Source: Bacteroidota bacterium
GTDB lineage: Bacteria > Bacteroidota > Ignavibacteria > Ignavibacteriales > Melioribacteraceae
NCBI GenBank assembly: GCA_018829545.1
Contig: JAHJTX010000313.1
Location: 5,374 to 69,373, forward strand
Direction of reading: 5' to 3'
Length of the DNA stretch: 64,000 bases
Both the position numbers and the translations under genes were made by a program. The notes under the pieces are model-generated. The model was not told the origin of the DNA and did no database searches. It saw nothing but the letters and a program-made list of their open reading frames with translations. Numbering within the stretch: the first letter of the stretch is position 1; every line of letters begins with the position of its first letter. Positions 10,745 to 20,587 of this stretch are shown here, in pieces.

Positions 10745-12042
10745 AAGTAGCATTAATCGGTTCGGGCGGAAGAGAAGACGCAATTGCCTACAGACTTGCA
10801 AAAAGCAACAAAAAACCTCAAATATTTATCTTACCTGGCAATTATGGCACAAGCAGATGGGCAAGAAATATTCCAATCCAGGCGCATGAATATGATAAAA
10901 TATGTGATTTTTGCGCAAAAAATAAAATTGACTTAGTGATAATTGGGCCGGAGCAGCCATTAGTTGATGGATTAGCGGATAGACTTAGAAAAATTGGAAT
11001 TAATGTTTTTGGCCCAAATAAAAGAGCTGCATTAATTGAGGGGGATAAACAGTTTGCAAAAGAATTTATGAAAAAATACAATATTCCTACGGCAGATTTT
11101 GTGACATTCTCGAGGGAAGATTATCCTCAAGCGCTTGAGTATCTTGAAAAATGTAGTTATCCGTTAGTTATTAAAGCTTCTGGATTAGCCGCTGGAAAGG
11201 GCGTTATTATTTGTAGCGATATACAGATGGCTCAAACTACGGTCAAATCATGTTTTATTGAAAATAAATTTGGTGATGCCGGAAACAATATAATTTTAGA
11301 AGAATTCTTGAATGGAGTTGAGGCATCTGTTTTTGTTCTTACCGATGGTGATGATTATTTAATTTTACCTACAGCACAGGATTATAAAAGAGCCGAGGAT
11401 GATGATAAAGGACCAAATACGGGCGGAATGGGAGCATTTTCGCCGGCAATAGCTGTGACTGATTGGGTAATGGAAAAAATTGAGAAAAGAATAATTATTC
11501 CAACATTAAATGCTCTAAAATCAGATAACAGAAAATACAACGGTTGTTTGTACATTGGATTAATGATTGAAAAAGGGGAACCAAAAGTCATAGAATATAA
11601 TTGCAGATTTGGTGATCCGGAAACACAAGTTATCATTCCGCAAATCATTGGGCATTTTCCTAAACTCTTATACTCAATTTCAATTGGGAAAATTGATAAA
11701 AAATGCGCTTCATTCAATAATACTCATGGTATATGTGTCGTTGCTGCCAGTGGTGGATATCCGGGAGCATACGAAAAAGGATTTAAGATTCATGGACTTG
11801 ACTTAATTGACGATAATGTATGTGATGTTTACCATGCAGGTACAAGAGCAGAATTTAGTGATGTTTTCACAAATGGAGGAAGAATTTTATCTATTGCATG
11901 CTATGGCATAGGATATGACGTAACTGTCTCAAGTAAAAAGGTTTATGCTCGTTTAGCTAAGATAAAATACAAGGGAATTTATTACCGAAAGGATATTGCA
12001 GCTAATATGACGGACACTAAATCAGCCTGGAGGCCACGTTAA
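10741..12042 (+). CDS. purD: phosphoribosylamine--glycine ligase
   Basis: [17 protein letters not shown]-terminus, ATP-grasp core and GDPETQ motif. 433 aa. Confidence 0.95.
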   Translation: MKVALIGSGGREDAIAYRLAKSNKKPQIFILPGNYGTSRWARNIPIQAHEYDKICDFCAKNKIDLVIIGPEQPLVDGLADRLRKIGINVFGPNKRAALIEGDKQFAKEFMKKYNIPTADFVTFSREDYPQALEYLEKCSYPLVIKASGLAAGKGVIICSDIQMAQTTVKSCFIENKFGDAGNNIILEEFLNGVEASVFVLTDGDDYLILPTAQDYKRAEDDDKGPNTGGMGAFSPAIAVTDWVMEKIEKRIIIPTLNALKSDNRKYNGCLYIGLMIEKGEPKVIEYNCRFGDPETQVIIPQIIGHFPKLLYSISIGKIDKKCASFNNTHGICVVAASGGYPGAYEKGFKIHGLDLIDDNVCDVYHAGTRAEFSDVFTNGGRILSIACYGIGYDVTVSSKKVYARLAKIKYKGIYYRKDIAANMTDTKSAWRPR

Positions 12043-12369
12043 TTTTCTGCCGCCGAGGAGATGCATATGCAAATGATATACTTCCTGTCCGCCGTTTGCT
12101 CCGCAATTTATTACTAATCGGAATCCTTCTTCGGCAATTTTTAGCTCTTTTGCAATGTGGTTTGCTGCGTCAAACAATTCACCAAGCAGAACAGCGTGCT
12201 CCGATCCGGATATTTCTCTTACTGTCGGTATTTCAATTTTAGGGATAATAAGGATGTGAGTTGGAGCTTTGGGACTTATATCCCTAAACGCAAGAACATT
12301 TTCCGATTCAAAGACAATATCTGCCGGAATTTCTTTGCTAATTATTTTAGAAAATATAGTGTTCCCCAT
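12022..12369 (-). CDS. HIT-family (HinT-like) nucleotide hydrolase
   Basis: Histidine triad HLHMHLLGG and C-terminal WPPG. 115 aa. TAATG overlap with the upstream regulator gene. Confidence 0.9.
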   Translation of the reverse strand: MGNTIFSKIISKEIPADIVFESENVLAFRDISPKAPTHILIIPKIEIPTVREISGSEHAVLLGELFDAANHIAKELKIAEEGFRLVINCGANGGQEVYHLHMHLLGGRKLTWPPG

Positions 12370-13727
12370 TAGTTTTGCCCCTTTTCAATATTATATTTTT
12401 TCATTTTACTATAAAGGTGACTTCTCTGAATATCCAATATTTCGGCTGTTTTGCTTATATTCCAACTATTCAGTTCCAGTTGCTTTAAAATAAAAACTCT
12501 TTCAGATTTCTCTTTAAATTCCTGGAAAGAATTAGAAACATCGATAATATTATCAATTTTGTTTTCCGATGTAGGTAGAAGGGAGTATAAATCCTTTTCA
12601 GAAATATCAGTTTTAGGAATCATGATAACAACTCTTTCTACGAAATTTTTTAATTCTCTAATATTACCAGTCCATTTCATTCCCTTCAAAAGATCGACGG
12701 CACTTTCTTGAAATGTGACCGGAGCAAATTTGTTTTTATTACAAATCATTGTCCCAAAATGGCTGACTAAGAGAGGAATATCATCCTTTCGCTCTCTAAG
12801 AGGAGGAATATGAATGGGGATAACATTAAGTCTATGAAATAAATCTTCTCTAAAAGTGTTACTGGAAATTTCCTCTTTTAATACTTTGTTAGTTGCAGCG
12901 ATGATTCTAACGTCAACATCTATTTTTTTTCCTCCTCCAACACGCTCTATTTTTCCTTCTTCAATAGCTCTTAAAACTTTTGCTTGAGCGTGGAGACTCA
13001 TATCTCCAATTTCATCAAGGAATAAAGTTCCGCCGTTTGCCTGTTCAAATTTTCCTATTCGTTTGTTAACAGCTCCTGTAAAAGATCCTTTTTCATGACC
13101 AAATAACTCCGATTCAATCAATTCGTTTGGAATAGCCGCGCAGTTAACCTCTATTAAATCTTTATCCGCTCTGCTGCTCTGTTTATGAAGAGCGCGGGCA
13201 ATTAATTCTTTCCCGGTTCCGTTTTCTCCGGTGATTAAAACACGCGCTTCGGTTTTAGCAACTCTTGCAACAGTTTGCATAATTAAATCGAGCTCTTTGC
13301 TGCTGCCAATTATTTCTTCATCGGAAGTGAGTACGCTTTTTAATTTTTTATTTTCTTTTAAGAGATTTGTTTTTTCTACCGCATTTCTTACGCTGATTAG
13401 GAGTTTGTCGCGGTCAATTGGTTTTTCAACAAAATCGAAAGCGCCTAATTTTGTCGCTTTAACAGCATTTTCCAAACTGCTGAATGCAGAAATCATTATT
13501 ACGTTTGCTTCAAGAGATTTTTCTTTAATACTATTTAAAATCTCAAAACCGTTCATTCCCGGCATTTGTATATCCAACAATATTGCGTCAAAAGCCTCAT
13601 CACTTAATTTTGATAATCCTTCTGATGGGATGGTGTAATACTCAACATCATAATTTTCGTATTCGAGTATCATTTTAATACTTTCGCAAATCTCAGGTTC
13701 GTCATCAATTATTAATATTCTTTTCAT
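12369..13727 (-). CDS. sigma-54-dependent response regulator (NtrC family: receiver + AAA+ + Fis-type HTH)
   Basis: Receiver domain with [11 protein letters not shown]. Walker [15 protein letters not shown], a variant of the GAFTGA sigma-54 contact loop. C-terminal [25 protein letters not shown]. Confidence 0.92.
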   Translation of the reverse strand: MKRILIIDDEPEICESIKMILEYENYDVEYYTIPSEGLSKLSDEAFDAILLDIQMPGMNGFEILNSIKEKSLEANVIMISAFSSLENAVKATKLGAFDFVEKPIDRDKLLISVRNAVEKTNLLKENKKLKSVLTSDEEIIGSSKELDLIMQTVARVAKTEARVLITGENGTGKELIARALHKQSSRADKDLIEVNCAAIPNELIESELFGHEKGSFTGAVNKRIGKFEQANGGTLFLDEIGDMSLHAQAKVLRAIEEGKIERVGGGKKIDVDVRIIAATNKVLKEEISSNTFREDLFHRLNVIPIHIPPLRERKDDIPLLVSHFGTMICNKNKFAPVTFQESAVDLLKGMKWTGNIRELKNFVERVVIMIPKTDISEKDLYSLLPTSENKIDNIIDVSNSFQEFKEKSERVFILKQLELNSWNISKTAEILDIQRSHLYSKMKKYNIEKGQN

Positions 13728-13730
13728 ATT

Positions 13731-14387
13731 CTAATTTGTTATTGTTAAAAAATAGAGGTCATAAAGCGCTAAAAATTGTGACGGAAGAATCTCATTGTTG
13801 TCAATAAGTTCAATCCCAAAAAATTCTCCCAGCGTATTTATTTTGAAATCTTTCATATCAACTCCGCCTTCGACCTTGAATGCACCTTCAAAAAGTTCCA
13901 CAAAAATACTCATAAATTTAGATAGTTTGAAGAAATGAATATTGTAACTAAGAAAGGCATTCCCAAAAAAATGAGCCAATTTATCTTTGTCACCAAATTC
14001 TGATGTCGGCGAGTCGAAGAAAAAATGAGACGGCTGATTTTTTACTTTCAAGTAAAAAGATTTTTCGTCAACTGATGGAAGAGGAATATTCAGAACAGTT
14101 TTAATAAGTGGAATTTCCAATGGCATTTGTCTATAAGGCAGCGTTGCGAATGTTAATGCGAATAAGGTCTCAGAAACATTTCCGTTGTAAAAATCTAATG
14201 CCTTCAAATAAATTGCATCTGCAAGCTGCAAGTCAGTTTTATATTTCTTCAATTGTGCATACTCGTAAGAATTAATATATCCGGAGATATAATAAATTCC
14301 TTCTTCGAGAGATTGTCCGTGTAATGAAGATGAAATAAAAAGAAATAAAATTACACCGCAAAGATGTACTCTAATAGACTCGACCAA
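13731..14387 (-). CDS. hypothetical exported protein
   Basis: 218 aa ORF, TTG start, signal-peptide-like N-terminus (GVILFLFISSSLHGQS). Tightly packed between the transporter and regulator genes. I recognise no family. Confidence 0.5.
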   Translation of the reverse strand: MVESIRVHLCGVILFLFISSSLHGQSLEEGIYYISGYINSYEYAQLKKYKTDLQLADAIYLKALDFYNGNVSETLFALTFATLPYRQMPLEIPLIKTVLNIPLPSVDEKSFYLKVKNQPSHFFFDSPTSEFGDKDKLAHFFGNAFLSYNIHFFKLSKFMSIFVELFEGAFKVEGGVDMKDFKINTLGEFFGIELIDNNEILPSQFLALYDLYFLTITN

Positions 14388-14389
14388 GT

Positions 14390-15709
14390 TTATGTTGCAA
14401 CTTTTTTAGATTCAGTTTCTTTAACAAAATAGACTAATACAGCAGCAATTATCATAAAAAATCCTCCCGCAACAACTGCAATCATGCGGTTATTGTCTAA
14501 AAAGTTTTCCATTATCCAGCCAAAACCAAGAGCAGCTCCAATTTCTGGAAGTACAATAAAAAAATTGAAAATACCCATGTAAACGCCTATTTTTTTCTGC
14601 GGCAAAGCACCAGCCAGCATTGCATACGGCATCGAAAGAATACTTGCCCAGGCAATTCCAACGCCGGTCATGGAAAGAAGAAGATAGTATTTGTTAGAAA
14701 TCAAGGCAACAGACATCAGTCCAACACCTCCGCAAATTAATGCAAGCGAATGCGTCCACTTTCTACCAAGCTTACCGGCAATCGGCGAAATTGCAAAAGA
14801 AAATAAGAACGTTACCGCAGAGTACATTGCGAAACAAATTCCACCCCACTCAATCCCTTCAAGATATTGAGGAGAATTTGGATCTTTTGCACCCAATATA
14901 TCTCGCGCAACGGCAACTCCAAAATAAAGCCACATACAAAATAACCCGAGCCATGTAAATACTTGAACCCAAGCTAATTGTTTCATGGTAACCGGCATTT
15001 CTTTGATTGAATGAAATATTTCTTTCGCTTGAGTTAAAATGCCCGCGCTGGACTTTTTCTCTGATTGAAATTTAGTTATGTCGTCTGGTGGATATTCTCT
15101 TGTGGTAAAAATTGTCCATAATACAGCAACCATAAATGCTGCAGCTCCAAAATAAAATGATATTTTAACAGTAAACGGAATTGTGCCGGGCGCAGCGTCA
15201 TTACTATAATTAAATATGTTTGTGAAAACCCAGGGCAGCGCCGAAGCAATAACAGCGCCTAAGCCAATAAATAAAGATTGCATCGCAAATCCCTTTGTCC
15301 GCTGTTCTTCGGGAAGTAGATCGGCAACAAAAGCTCTGAATGGCTCCATGCTGATATTTATTGAAGCGTCTAAAATCCAAAGTAAGCCGGCAGCCATCCA
15401 AAGAGTTGAGGAATTTGGCATAATGATTAGCGCAATCGAACTCAAAATTGCCCCAACTAAAAAGAAAGGTCGCCTCCGTCCAAGCCGTCCCCAAGTTCTG
15501 TCGCTCATGTTGCCTACGATGGGCTGCACAATTAATCCGGTTAATGGAGCGGCAAGCCAAAGCATTGGAATCTGATGAGCGTCTGCGCCAAGATATTCAT
15601 AGATTGCGCTCATATTTGCCATTTGTAAACCCCAACCAAACTGAATTCCTAAAAATCCGAAACTCATATTCCAAATCTGCCAGAAAGATAATTTTGGCTT
15701 TTCCATCAA
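14390..15709 (-). CDS. MFS transporter, GPH/SLC45 (sucrose/glycoside-type) family
   Basis: 12-TM protein of 439 aa. N-terminal [16 protein letters not shown] motif is typical of GPH/SLC45-like sugar:cation symporters. Confidence 0.8.
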   Translation of the reverse strand: MMEKPKLSFWQIWNMSFGFLGIQFGWGLQMANMSAIYEYLGADAHQIPMLWLAAPLTGLIVQPIVGNMSDRTWGRLGRRRPFFLVGAILSSIALIIMPNSSTLWMAAGLLWILDASINISMEPFRAFVADLLPEEQRTKGFAMQSLFIGLGAVIASALPWVFTNIFNYSNDAAPGTIPFTVKISFYFGAAAFMVAVLWTIFTTREYPPDDITKFQSEKKSSAGILTQAKEIFHSIKEMPVTMKQLAWVQVFTWLGLFCMWLYFGVAVARDILGAKDPNSPQYLEGIEWGGICFAMYSAVTFLFSFAISPIAGKLGRKWTHSLALICGGVGLMSVALISNKYYLLLSMTGVGIAWASILSMPYAMLAGALPQKKIGVYMGIFNFFIVLPEIGAALGFGWIMENFLDNNRMIAVVAGGFFMIIAAVLVYFVKETESKKVAT

Positions 15710-15979
15710 AATTCCCGATTAATTATGAAGAAATTTTTTTGAGTACGATTATAATTATTACTTAATCTATTTCCAATTCGTAATCAACAACATTAAAATC
15801 GAAGTGAACTATTTAACGATGCAAGCAAAATTTTACTTGAAATAAATTTATTGAATTTAAAGATAATGTGTGAGTATGAAAATGCGTTGTGTATTTAAAA
15901 AGGATGGAACAGATGAGGGATTTAATACAGTACAATTATTAAGAAATAGGGGAGTAACTTGTTGCAATCTTTCTGGATT

Positions 15980-16357
15980 CTATTCAAGACCAGTCAGCCA
16001 TTTATAAGCCTTTTCAATTTTAACTGCATCAAAATAATTGAAATTACACCACGTATTATTTTTATTTTCCGGTTTTAATAAATTGGAATGGCTTGCAAGA
16101 TTTGTAACAACAATTGCTATGCGGTCAGTACTTTTAAAACCAAATTGCTGAAGTTCATGTCCAGTTGTATGAAACTTATTGACTGCAGCTCGAATTTCTG
16201 TTTCGGTGTGGTTAAGTAAAAATTTTGTGCAATTATTTTGACGGGCAAGTTTTACAGCCTCTCTTGAATACTGCTCAGCAATCTGAAAGTTAAGTCTTCC
16301 TTTCATTTGGATGACTACAATATTTTTGTCAGGCATGTAATCAATTGTGTAATCCAT
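15980..16357 (-). CDS. hypothetical protein (tentatively STAS/SpoIIAA-like)
   Basis: 125 aa isolated ORF. The pattern IVVIQMKGRLNFQIAEQY...AVKLARQNNCTKFLL resembles STAS-fold proteins. Weak, by eye only. Confidence 0.45.
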   Translation of the reverse strand: MDYTIDYMPDKNIVVIQMKGRLNFQIAEQYSREAVKLARQNNCTKFLLNHTETEIRAAVNKFHTTGHELQQFGFKSTDRIAIVVTNLASHSNLLKPENKNNTWCNFNYFDAVKIEKAYKWLTGLE

Positions 16358-16541
16358 AACTCATTCCTTCTTTGCTTTTGTTGGTACAATTTAGACAGAA
16401 TCACTTCACCGAACTAATTAATTGCAAAATGCGGCGACAACATATAATGTAAAAGCTTCATCAAACAAAATATAAATTCAACTAAAAGTCCAATTGCGCT
16501 TGAAAATGGTTAACTAAAAATTGGAAAAATTGCTGAAGTAT

Positions 16542-16568
16542 AAAAAAAATCCCGGCCATTGCCGGGAT
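16542..16568 (-). terminator. rho-independent terminator of csp
   Basis: The minus strand reads ATCCCGGC-AATG-GCCGGGAT followed by an 8-T run, 23 nt after the csp stop. Confidence 0.75.
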
Positions 16569-16590
16569 CAAAATAGGACGTAATTTATAA

Positions 16591-16803
16591 TTAGCCGATC
16601 AATCTAACTTCTGATGCTTGAAGTCCTTTAGCACCGCTAGTTACAGAGTACTCAACTTTATCATTTTCTTCTAAAGTTTTGTAGCCATCGCCAGTAATCG
16701 ACTTAAAATGCACGAATACATCTTCGCCGCTAGCTTGTTGAATAAAACCAAATCCTTTTGCGCTGTTAAACCATTTAACAGATCCTTGTTTGCGCTCTGC
16801 CAT
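16591..16803 (-). CDS. csp: cold-shock protein (CspA family)
   Basis: 70 aa. GSVKWFNSAKGFGFI (RNP1) and DVFVHF (RNP2). Confidence 0.97.
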   Translation of the reverse strand: MAERKQGSVKWFNSAKGFGFIQQASGEDVFVHFKSITGDGYKTLEENDKVEYSVTSGAKGLQASEVRLIG

Positions 16804-16893
16804 AACAGATGCTCCTTTTGTAAATAATTGAATAATAATTTTGACAGGGCTCTAAAATCTAGGGGGAAGTTTTGAATTGCGTTTTTATTGACA

Positions 16894-16923
16894 CTTCTAC
16901 TTCTACATCTACATCTACTTCTA
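16894..16923. repeat. 5 x 6-bp tandem repeat in the csp leader/upstream region
   Basis: The plus strand reads CTTCTA CTTCTA CATCTA CATCTA CTTCTA. It lies 91-120 nt upstream of the csp start codon on the minus strand. Confidence 0.8.
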
Positions 16924-17169
16924 AAGTTACTGCCTTAAGGGTGTAAATATACGCTAATAATTATCCGTAACCTAATTCTATTTTTAAAGAGTATTTTCAT
17001 ATTTACTAAAATCGTCTGGTAAGTATTATTGCTTTCATTACTGTGACTTGATTTATTGCTTTTAATTATCCGATTTTCAACATCATTGATGAAATGTATT
17101 TAAAAATCGAATAAATTTTCAGAGGTTTCGGGATGCTATTAAATTATCTATGAATCTGAGTGAACCGGA

Positions 17170-18996
17170 ATGAACTTAATAGAAGCTTTGAATACAGTTT
17201 TAACTAATCCAAATAGAGGATTGTTTTTTTCTCCAAGTAATTTTATCAATGAAAAATCTTTTTTATTCAAAAAAGCAGAGAAGAAACTAGTTGCAACGAG
17301 TAAGGCGGAATTTGAAAAATCTCTGCTTGACGTTAACGATATGATCATAGATGGTTTCGTTGGATTCGGTTACATCACATATGAAGCAGGTTACCTGTTA
17401 GAACAAAAATTACTACCGCTCATAAAAGTTGATAGCGAAAATGTGTTTTCAAAATTTTATATATCACATCCTGAAAATGTTGCAGATGTTCAATTGGATG
17501 AAAGTGATTTTGAAAAAATAAAAATCATACTGCAAAAAGAGAATTACAGCATCGGGGATTTTAGGCTAACCACAAGCAAAAATGAATACATTAGCAATGT
17601 TGAAAAAATTAGAAATTACATTGCTAACGGGGATACGTATCAAGTTAATTATACAATGAAGGATAAATTTAATTTTTCAGGCGCTATTCAGTCTTTGATT
17701 TTGCTATTGATTTTTAATCAATCGGCAAAATACATAGCCGTGATAAATGATGAAGATGAAATTATTATCAGCATTTCACCCGAGCTGTTTTTCAAAACTG
17801 AGGGTAGTAGGATAATCTGTAAACCGATGAAGGGGACAAGGAAGCGCGGAATAAATCTGCATGATGATGAATTGCAATATTCGGAACTACTGAAAAGTTC
17901 AAAAGATAGGGCAGAAAACATAATGATAGTTGACCTGATGAGAAATGATATTGGCAAAATTTGCGAAAACGGTACTGTTAGAGTTAAGCAGCATTTTGAA
18001 ATAGAGAAGTATGAATCTCTGTTTCAAATGACGTCAACAGTCACGGGTAAGTTGAAGGAGAAGAATTTTGAGACAATTATTAAAAACCTATTCCCGTGTG
18101 GTTCCATCACAGGCGCTCCAAAAATTAGAACAATGGAAATAATCAGTGAAATTGAAAATGAAGTAAGAGGTGTTTACACTGGGGCAATAGGGATGTTTAA
18201 CAAGAATGAATTCACTTTCAATGTCCCGATCAGGACGATCGTTCTAAATAGAAAGAATAATTCGGGGGAGATTGGAATTGGAAGCGGAATTGTTTGGGAC
18301 AGCATTGCGGAAAATGAATACGAGGAAACAAAATTAAAAGCTAATTTTTTACTGAAACCGGAAAAGTATTTCGAGTTAATTGAAACAATGCTCGCCGAAA
18401 ATGGAGAAGTGTTTTTACTGGATTTTCATTTAGATAGACTTGAATCTGCTGCAGAATATTTTCTGTTCAATTTCAGTTTAGAAAAAATCAAATCAGAAAT
18501 TGCTTATTCTATTAATCAACTTACGGTTGAAAAAAAATATAAGTTGAGGCTGCTTCTGAATAAATGGGGTGGAGTTTCAATTAAATCCGAATTGCTGACT
18601 GACATGATTGCGAACCCAACATTTTATGTTTCTGACAAGCGTATTGATTCACGAAACAAATATCAATACTTCAAAACGACGAACAGGGCTGTTTACGATT
18701 CTGAGTACCGGAAGGCAGTTAAAAGAGGTTGTTTTGATGTAATCTTTCTAAACGAAAAGGATGAAATAGTTGAAGGCGCTATCAGCAATATTTTTATTAA
18801 AAAAGGAGAAAAATTATTTACACCTCCTATTGAATGCGGGGTGTTGAATGGCTGCTATCGAAGACATCTTCTGGAAACGAATCCTCTTAGTTCAGAAAGT
18901 AAAATTTGCTCTGATGATTTAGCCAATGCTAATGAAATATTACTAGTAAATTCTGTTAGAGGAATTGTTAGAACCCAACAAATGAATTTGGACTAA
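17170..18996 (+). CDS. pabB: fused aminodeoxychorismate synthase component I / aminodeoxychorismate lyase (PabB-PabC)
   Basis: 608 aa. The chorismate-binding part has PCGSITGAPKIRTMEII and RGVYTGAIG. The C-terminal ~200 aa are class-IV aminotransferase-like (EGAISNIFIKKGEKLFTPP...GVLNG). Confidence 0.85.
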   Translation: MNLIEALNTVLTNPNRGLFFSPSNFINEKSFLFKKAEKKLVATSKAEFEKSLLDVNDMIIDGFVGFGYITYEAGYLLEQKLLPLIKVDSENVFSKFYISHPENVADVQLDESDFEKIKIILQKENYSIGDFRLTTSKNEYISNVEKIRNYIANGDTYQVNYTMKDKFNFSGAIQSLILLLIFNQSAKYIAVINDEDEIIISISPELFFKTEGSRIICKPMKGTRKRGINLHDDELQYSELLKSSKDRAENIMIVDLMRNDIGKICENGTVRVKQHFEIEKYESLFQMTSTVTGKLKEKNFETIIKNLFPCGSITGAPKIRTMEIISEIENEVRGVYTGAIGMFNKNEFTFNVPIRTIVLNRKNNSGEIGIGSGIVWDSIAENEYEETKLKANFLLKPEKYFELIETMLAENGEVFLLDFHLDRLESAAEYFLFNFSLEKIKSEIAYSINQLTVEKKYKLRLLLNKWGGVSIKSELLTDMIANPTFYVSDKRIDSRNKYQYFKTTNRAVYDSEYRKAVKRGCFDVIFLNEKDEIVEGAISNIFIKKGEKLFTPPIECGVLNGCYRRHLLETNPLSSESKICSDDLANANEILLVNSVRGIVRTQQMNLD

Positions 18997-19005
18997 TATT
19001 TTTAA

Positions 19006-19410
19006 CTACCTTACCTTAGCAATCGAGTTAGATGATCTCGTAATTGTAATATTATATTCGGGTTTTAAATCACTCTGTACGCAACCTCCGCTGGAACCTA
19101 TAAATTCCGTCCCAATCCCATTTATAACTAGCTGATTAGTACTTGTGCTTGTAACAGAATAGATCCCATTTGCATTCGACTGTAGATTTGTTGGAATTGT
19201 GTAACCTTGAAAACTGTTGCCGCCACCGCTTAGTTGGCTGGGTTTATTGTAATATGTTTGAGCATATCCGGCAAGCATATTTAAATCATTTATAACTGCT
19301 TCTCTATTTCTTTCGACAGCATTTGCGTTTACTAAATCTATACCAACTACAACCGCGATTCCTACAACTATAAAACCGAGCATAATTAATAATATTTGTT
19401 GTTGTCCCAT
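19006..19410 (-). CDS. hypothetical protein with a pilin-like N-terminal hydrophobic helix
   Basis: 134 aa. MGQQQILLIMLGFIVVGIAVVVGIDLV is followed by an amphipathic helix and a Ser/Thr/Gly-rich beta-type region. No family recognised. Confidence 0.55.
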   Translation of the reverse strand: MGQQQILLIMLGFIVVGIAVVVGIDLVNANAVERNREAVINDLNMLAGYAQTYYNKPSQLSGGGNSFQGYTIPTNLQSNANGIYSVTSTSTNQLVINGIGTEFIGSSGGCVQSDLKPEYNITITRSSNSIAKVR

Positions 19411-19542
19411 AGGGCACCCCTGTTAATAATGAAATTGCCTACATAAATCTCGTTAAAAAAAATTAAAATCGGAAGATTAACCTCGTATTTTTTTATTTTT
19501 TCATATCTTACGCCACCAATTAATACTCTGGAAAATTTTCAA

Positions 19543-20586
19543 ATGCATTCGAAAGCAACACATACTTCGAAAAGGAAAAAAGATCACATCTCTATTTGTT
19601 TAAAGGATGATTTGAACTTTATTACAAAAACAACCGGTTTCGAAAATTATGAGTTCGAGCATTTTGCTGCGACTGAAGTAAATATTAATAAAATTGATTT
19701 ATCATCCTTATTTTTTAGAAGGGAAATTCGGTATCCGTTCTTAATATCTTGCATGACCGGCGGTACAATCGAAGCTGATAGTATCAATGCAAAATTAGCT
19801 GAAGCTGCACAAAATTTGAATATTCCAATTGGTGTAGGCAGTCAAAGGCAGGCAATCGAATCGAACAAAAATCATAATTCATATAAAATCATACGGAAAA
19901 TTGCGAAGGATGTTCCTGTACTCAGCAATATCGGCGCTGCGCAGATTGCTGGAATGAATTCAATGGATGATATTCATTTGATAATTGATCTAATTGAAGC
20001 GGATGCTTTAGTAATACACTTGAATCCACTACAGGAATTACTTCAACCGGAAGGTGAAACTTATTTCAAAGGACTCCTTAAGAATATCAAAAAAATTAAA
20101 AAGAGAATATCTGTTCCCGTTATTGTTAAAGAAGTTGGCTCTGGAATCGGTAAGAAAACTGCAAAAATATTACTCAACAACGGAGTGGATGGAATTGATG
20201 TTGCAGGCAGCGGTGGAACAAGCTGGGCAGGTGTCGAGTTAATAAGAAAAGGTAATAGGGAAGAGAAATACTTTTGGGATTGGGGTCTGCCAACGAGTTA
20301 TTGCATTAAGAAATTGAACAAACTCAAAAAGAAGAATAATTTTTTACTCATAGGATCCGGTGGTATAAATGATTTTGATTCTGCAGCTAAAGCTCTTGTT
20401 CTTGGTGCAGACATTGTTGCTTCAGCAAGAATATTGCTGATCGAAGCTGAGAAAGGCGTTAAACCGATTGTGGACCTAATAGAAAATTGGTTTGAGAATA
20501 TAAAAAAAATAATGTTTCTCACCGGCGCATCGAATTTAACAGAATTTAAGAAAACCCGTTTAATCAAAAAAAAGGATTTGTATTAA
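19543..20586 (+). CDS. fni: type 2 (FMN-dependent) isopentenyl-diphosphate delta-isomerase
   Basis: 347 aa TIM-barrel pattern. ISCMTGG, VGSQR, VIVKEVGSGI and DVAGSGGTSWA motifs of IDI-2. Confidence 0.9.
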   Translation: MHSKATHTSKRKKDHISICLKDDLNFITKTTGFENYEFEHFAATEVNINKIDLSSLFFRREIRYPFLISCMTGGTIEADSINAKLAEAAQNLNIPIGVGSQRQAIESNKNHNSYKIIRKIAKDVPVLSNIGAAQIAGMNSMDDIHLIIDLIEADALVIHLNPLQELLQPEGETYFKGLLKNIKKIKKRISVPVIVKEVGSGIGKKTAKILLNNGVDGIDVAGSGGTSWAGVELIRKGNREEKYFWDWGLPTSYCIKKLNKLKKKNNFLLIGSGGINDFDSAAKALVLGADIVASARILLIEAEKGVKPIVDLIENWFENIKKIMFLTGASNLTEFKKTRLIKKKDLY

Positions 20587-20587
20587 A

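Noticed and set aside
12022-12042. 21-bp convergent overlap of the purD and HIT gene 3' ends as a possible annotation or frameshift problem
   Set aside because: The HIT C-terminus (..LTWPPG) is the canonical family ending. purD is complete through its conserved core, with only a short non-conserved tail in the overlap. Nothing suggests a frameshift.
13231-13638. 135-aa plus-strand ORF inside the sigma-54 regulator gene
   Set aside because: It is wholly nested antisense to a gene with unmistakable receiver and AAA+ motifs. Its low-complexity Ser/Leu/Ile-rich translation is typical of antisense frames in AT-rich DNA.
15210-15575. 116-aa (minus, alternate frame) and 119-aa (plus) ORFs overlapping the MFS transporter gene
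   Set aside because: Both are nested in the 439-aa transporter ORF, which has a clear 12-TM pattern and a family motif. The alternatives have Arg/Cys-rich nonsense-like composition.
15876-16007. 43-codon plus-strand mini-ORF (MKMRCVFKKDG...) in the spacer after the MFS operon
   Set aside because: It has no RBS, and it overlaps the 3' end of the minus-strand gene at 15980-16357. Its composition is not membrane- or signal-like. I see no support beyond being open.
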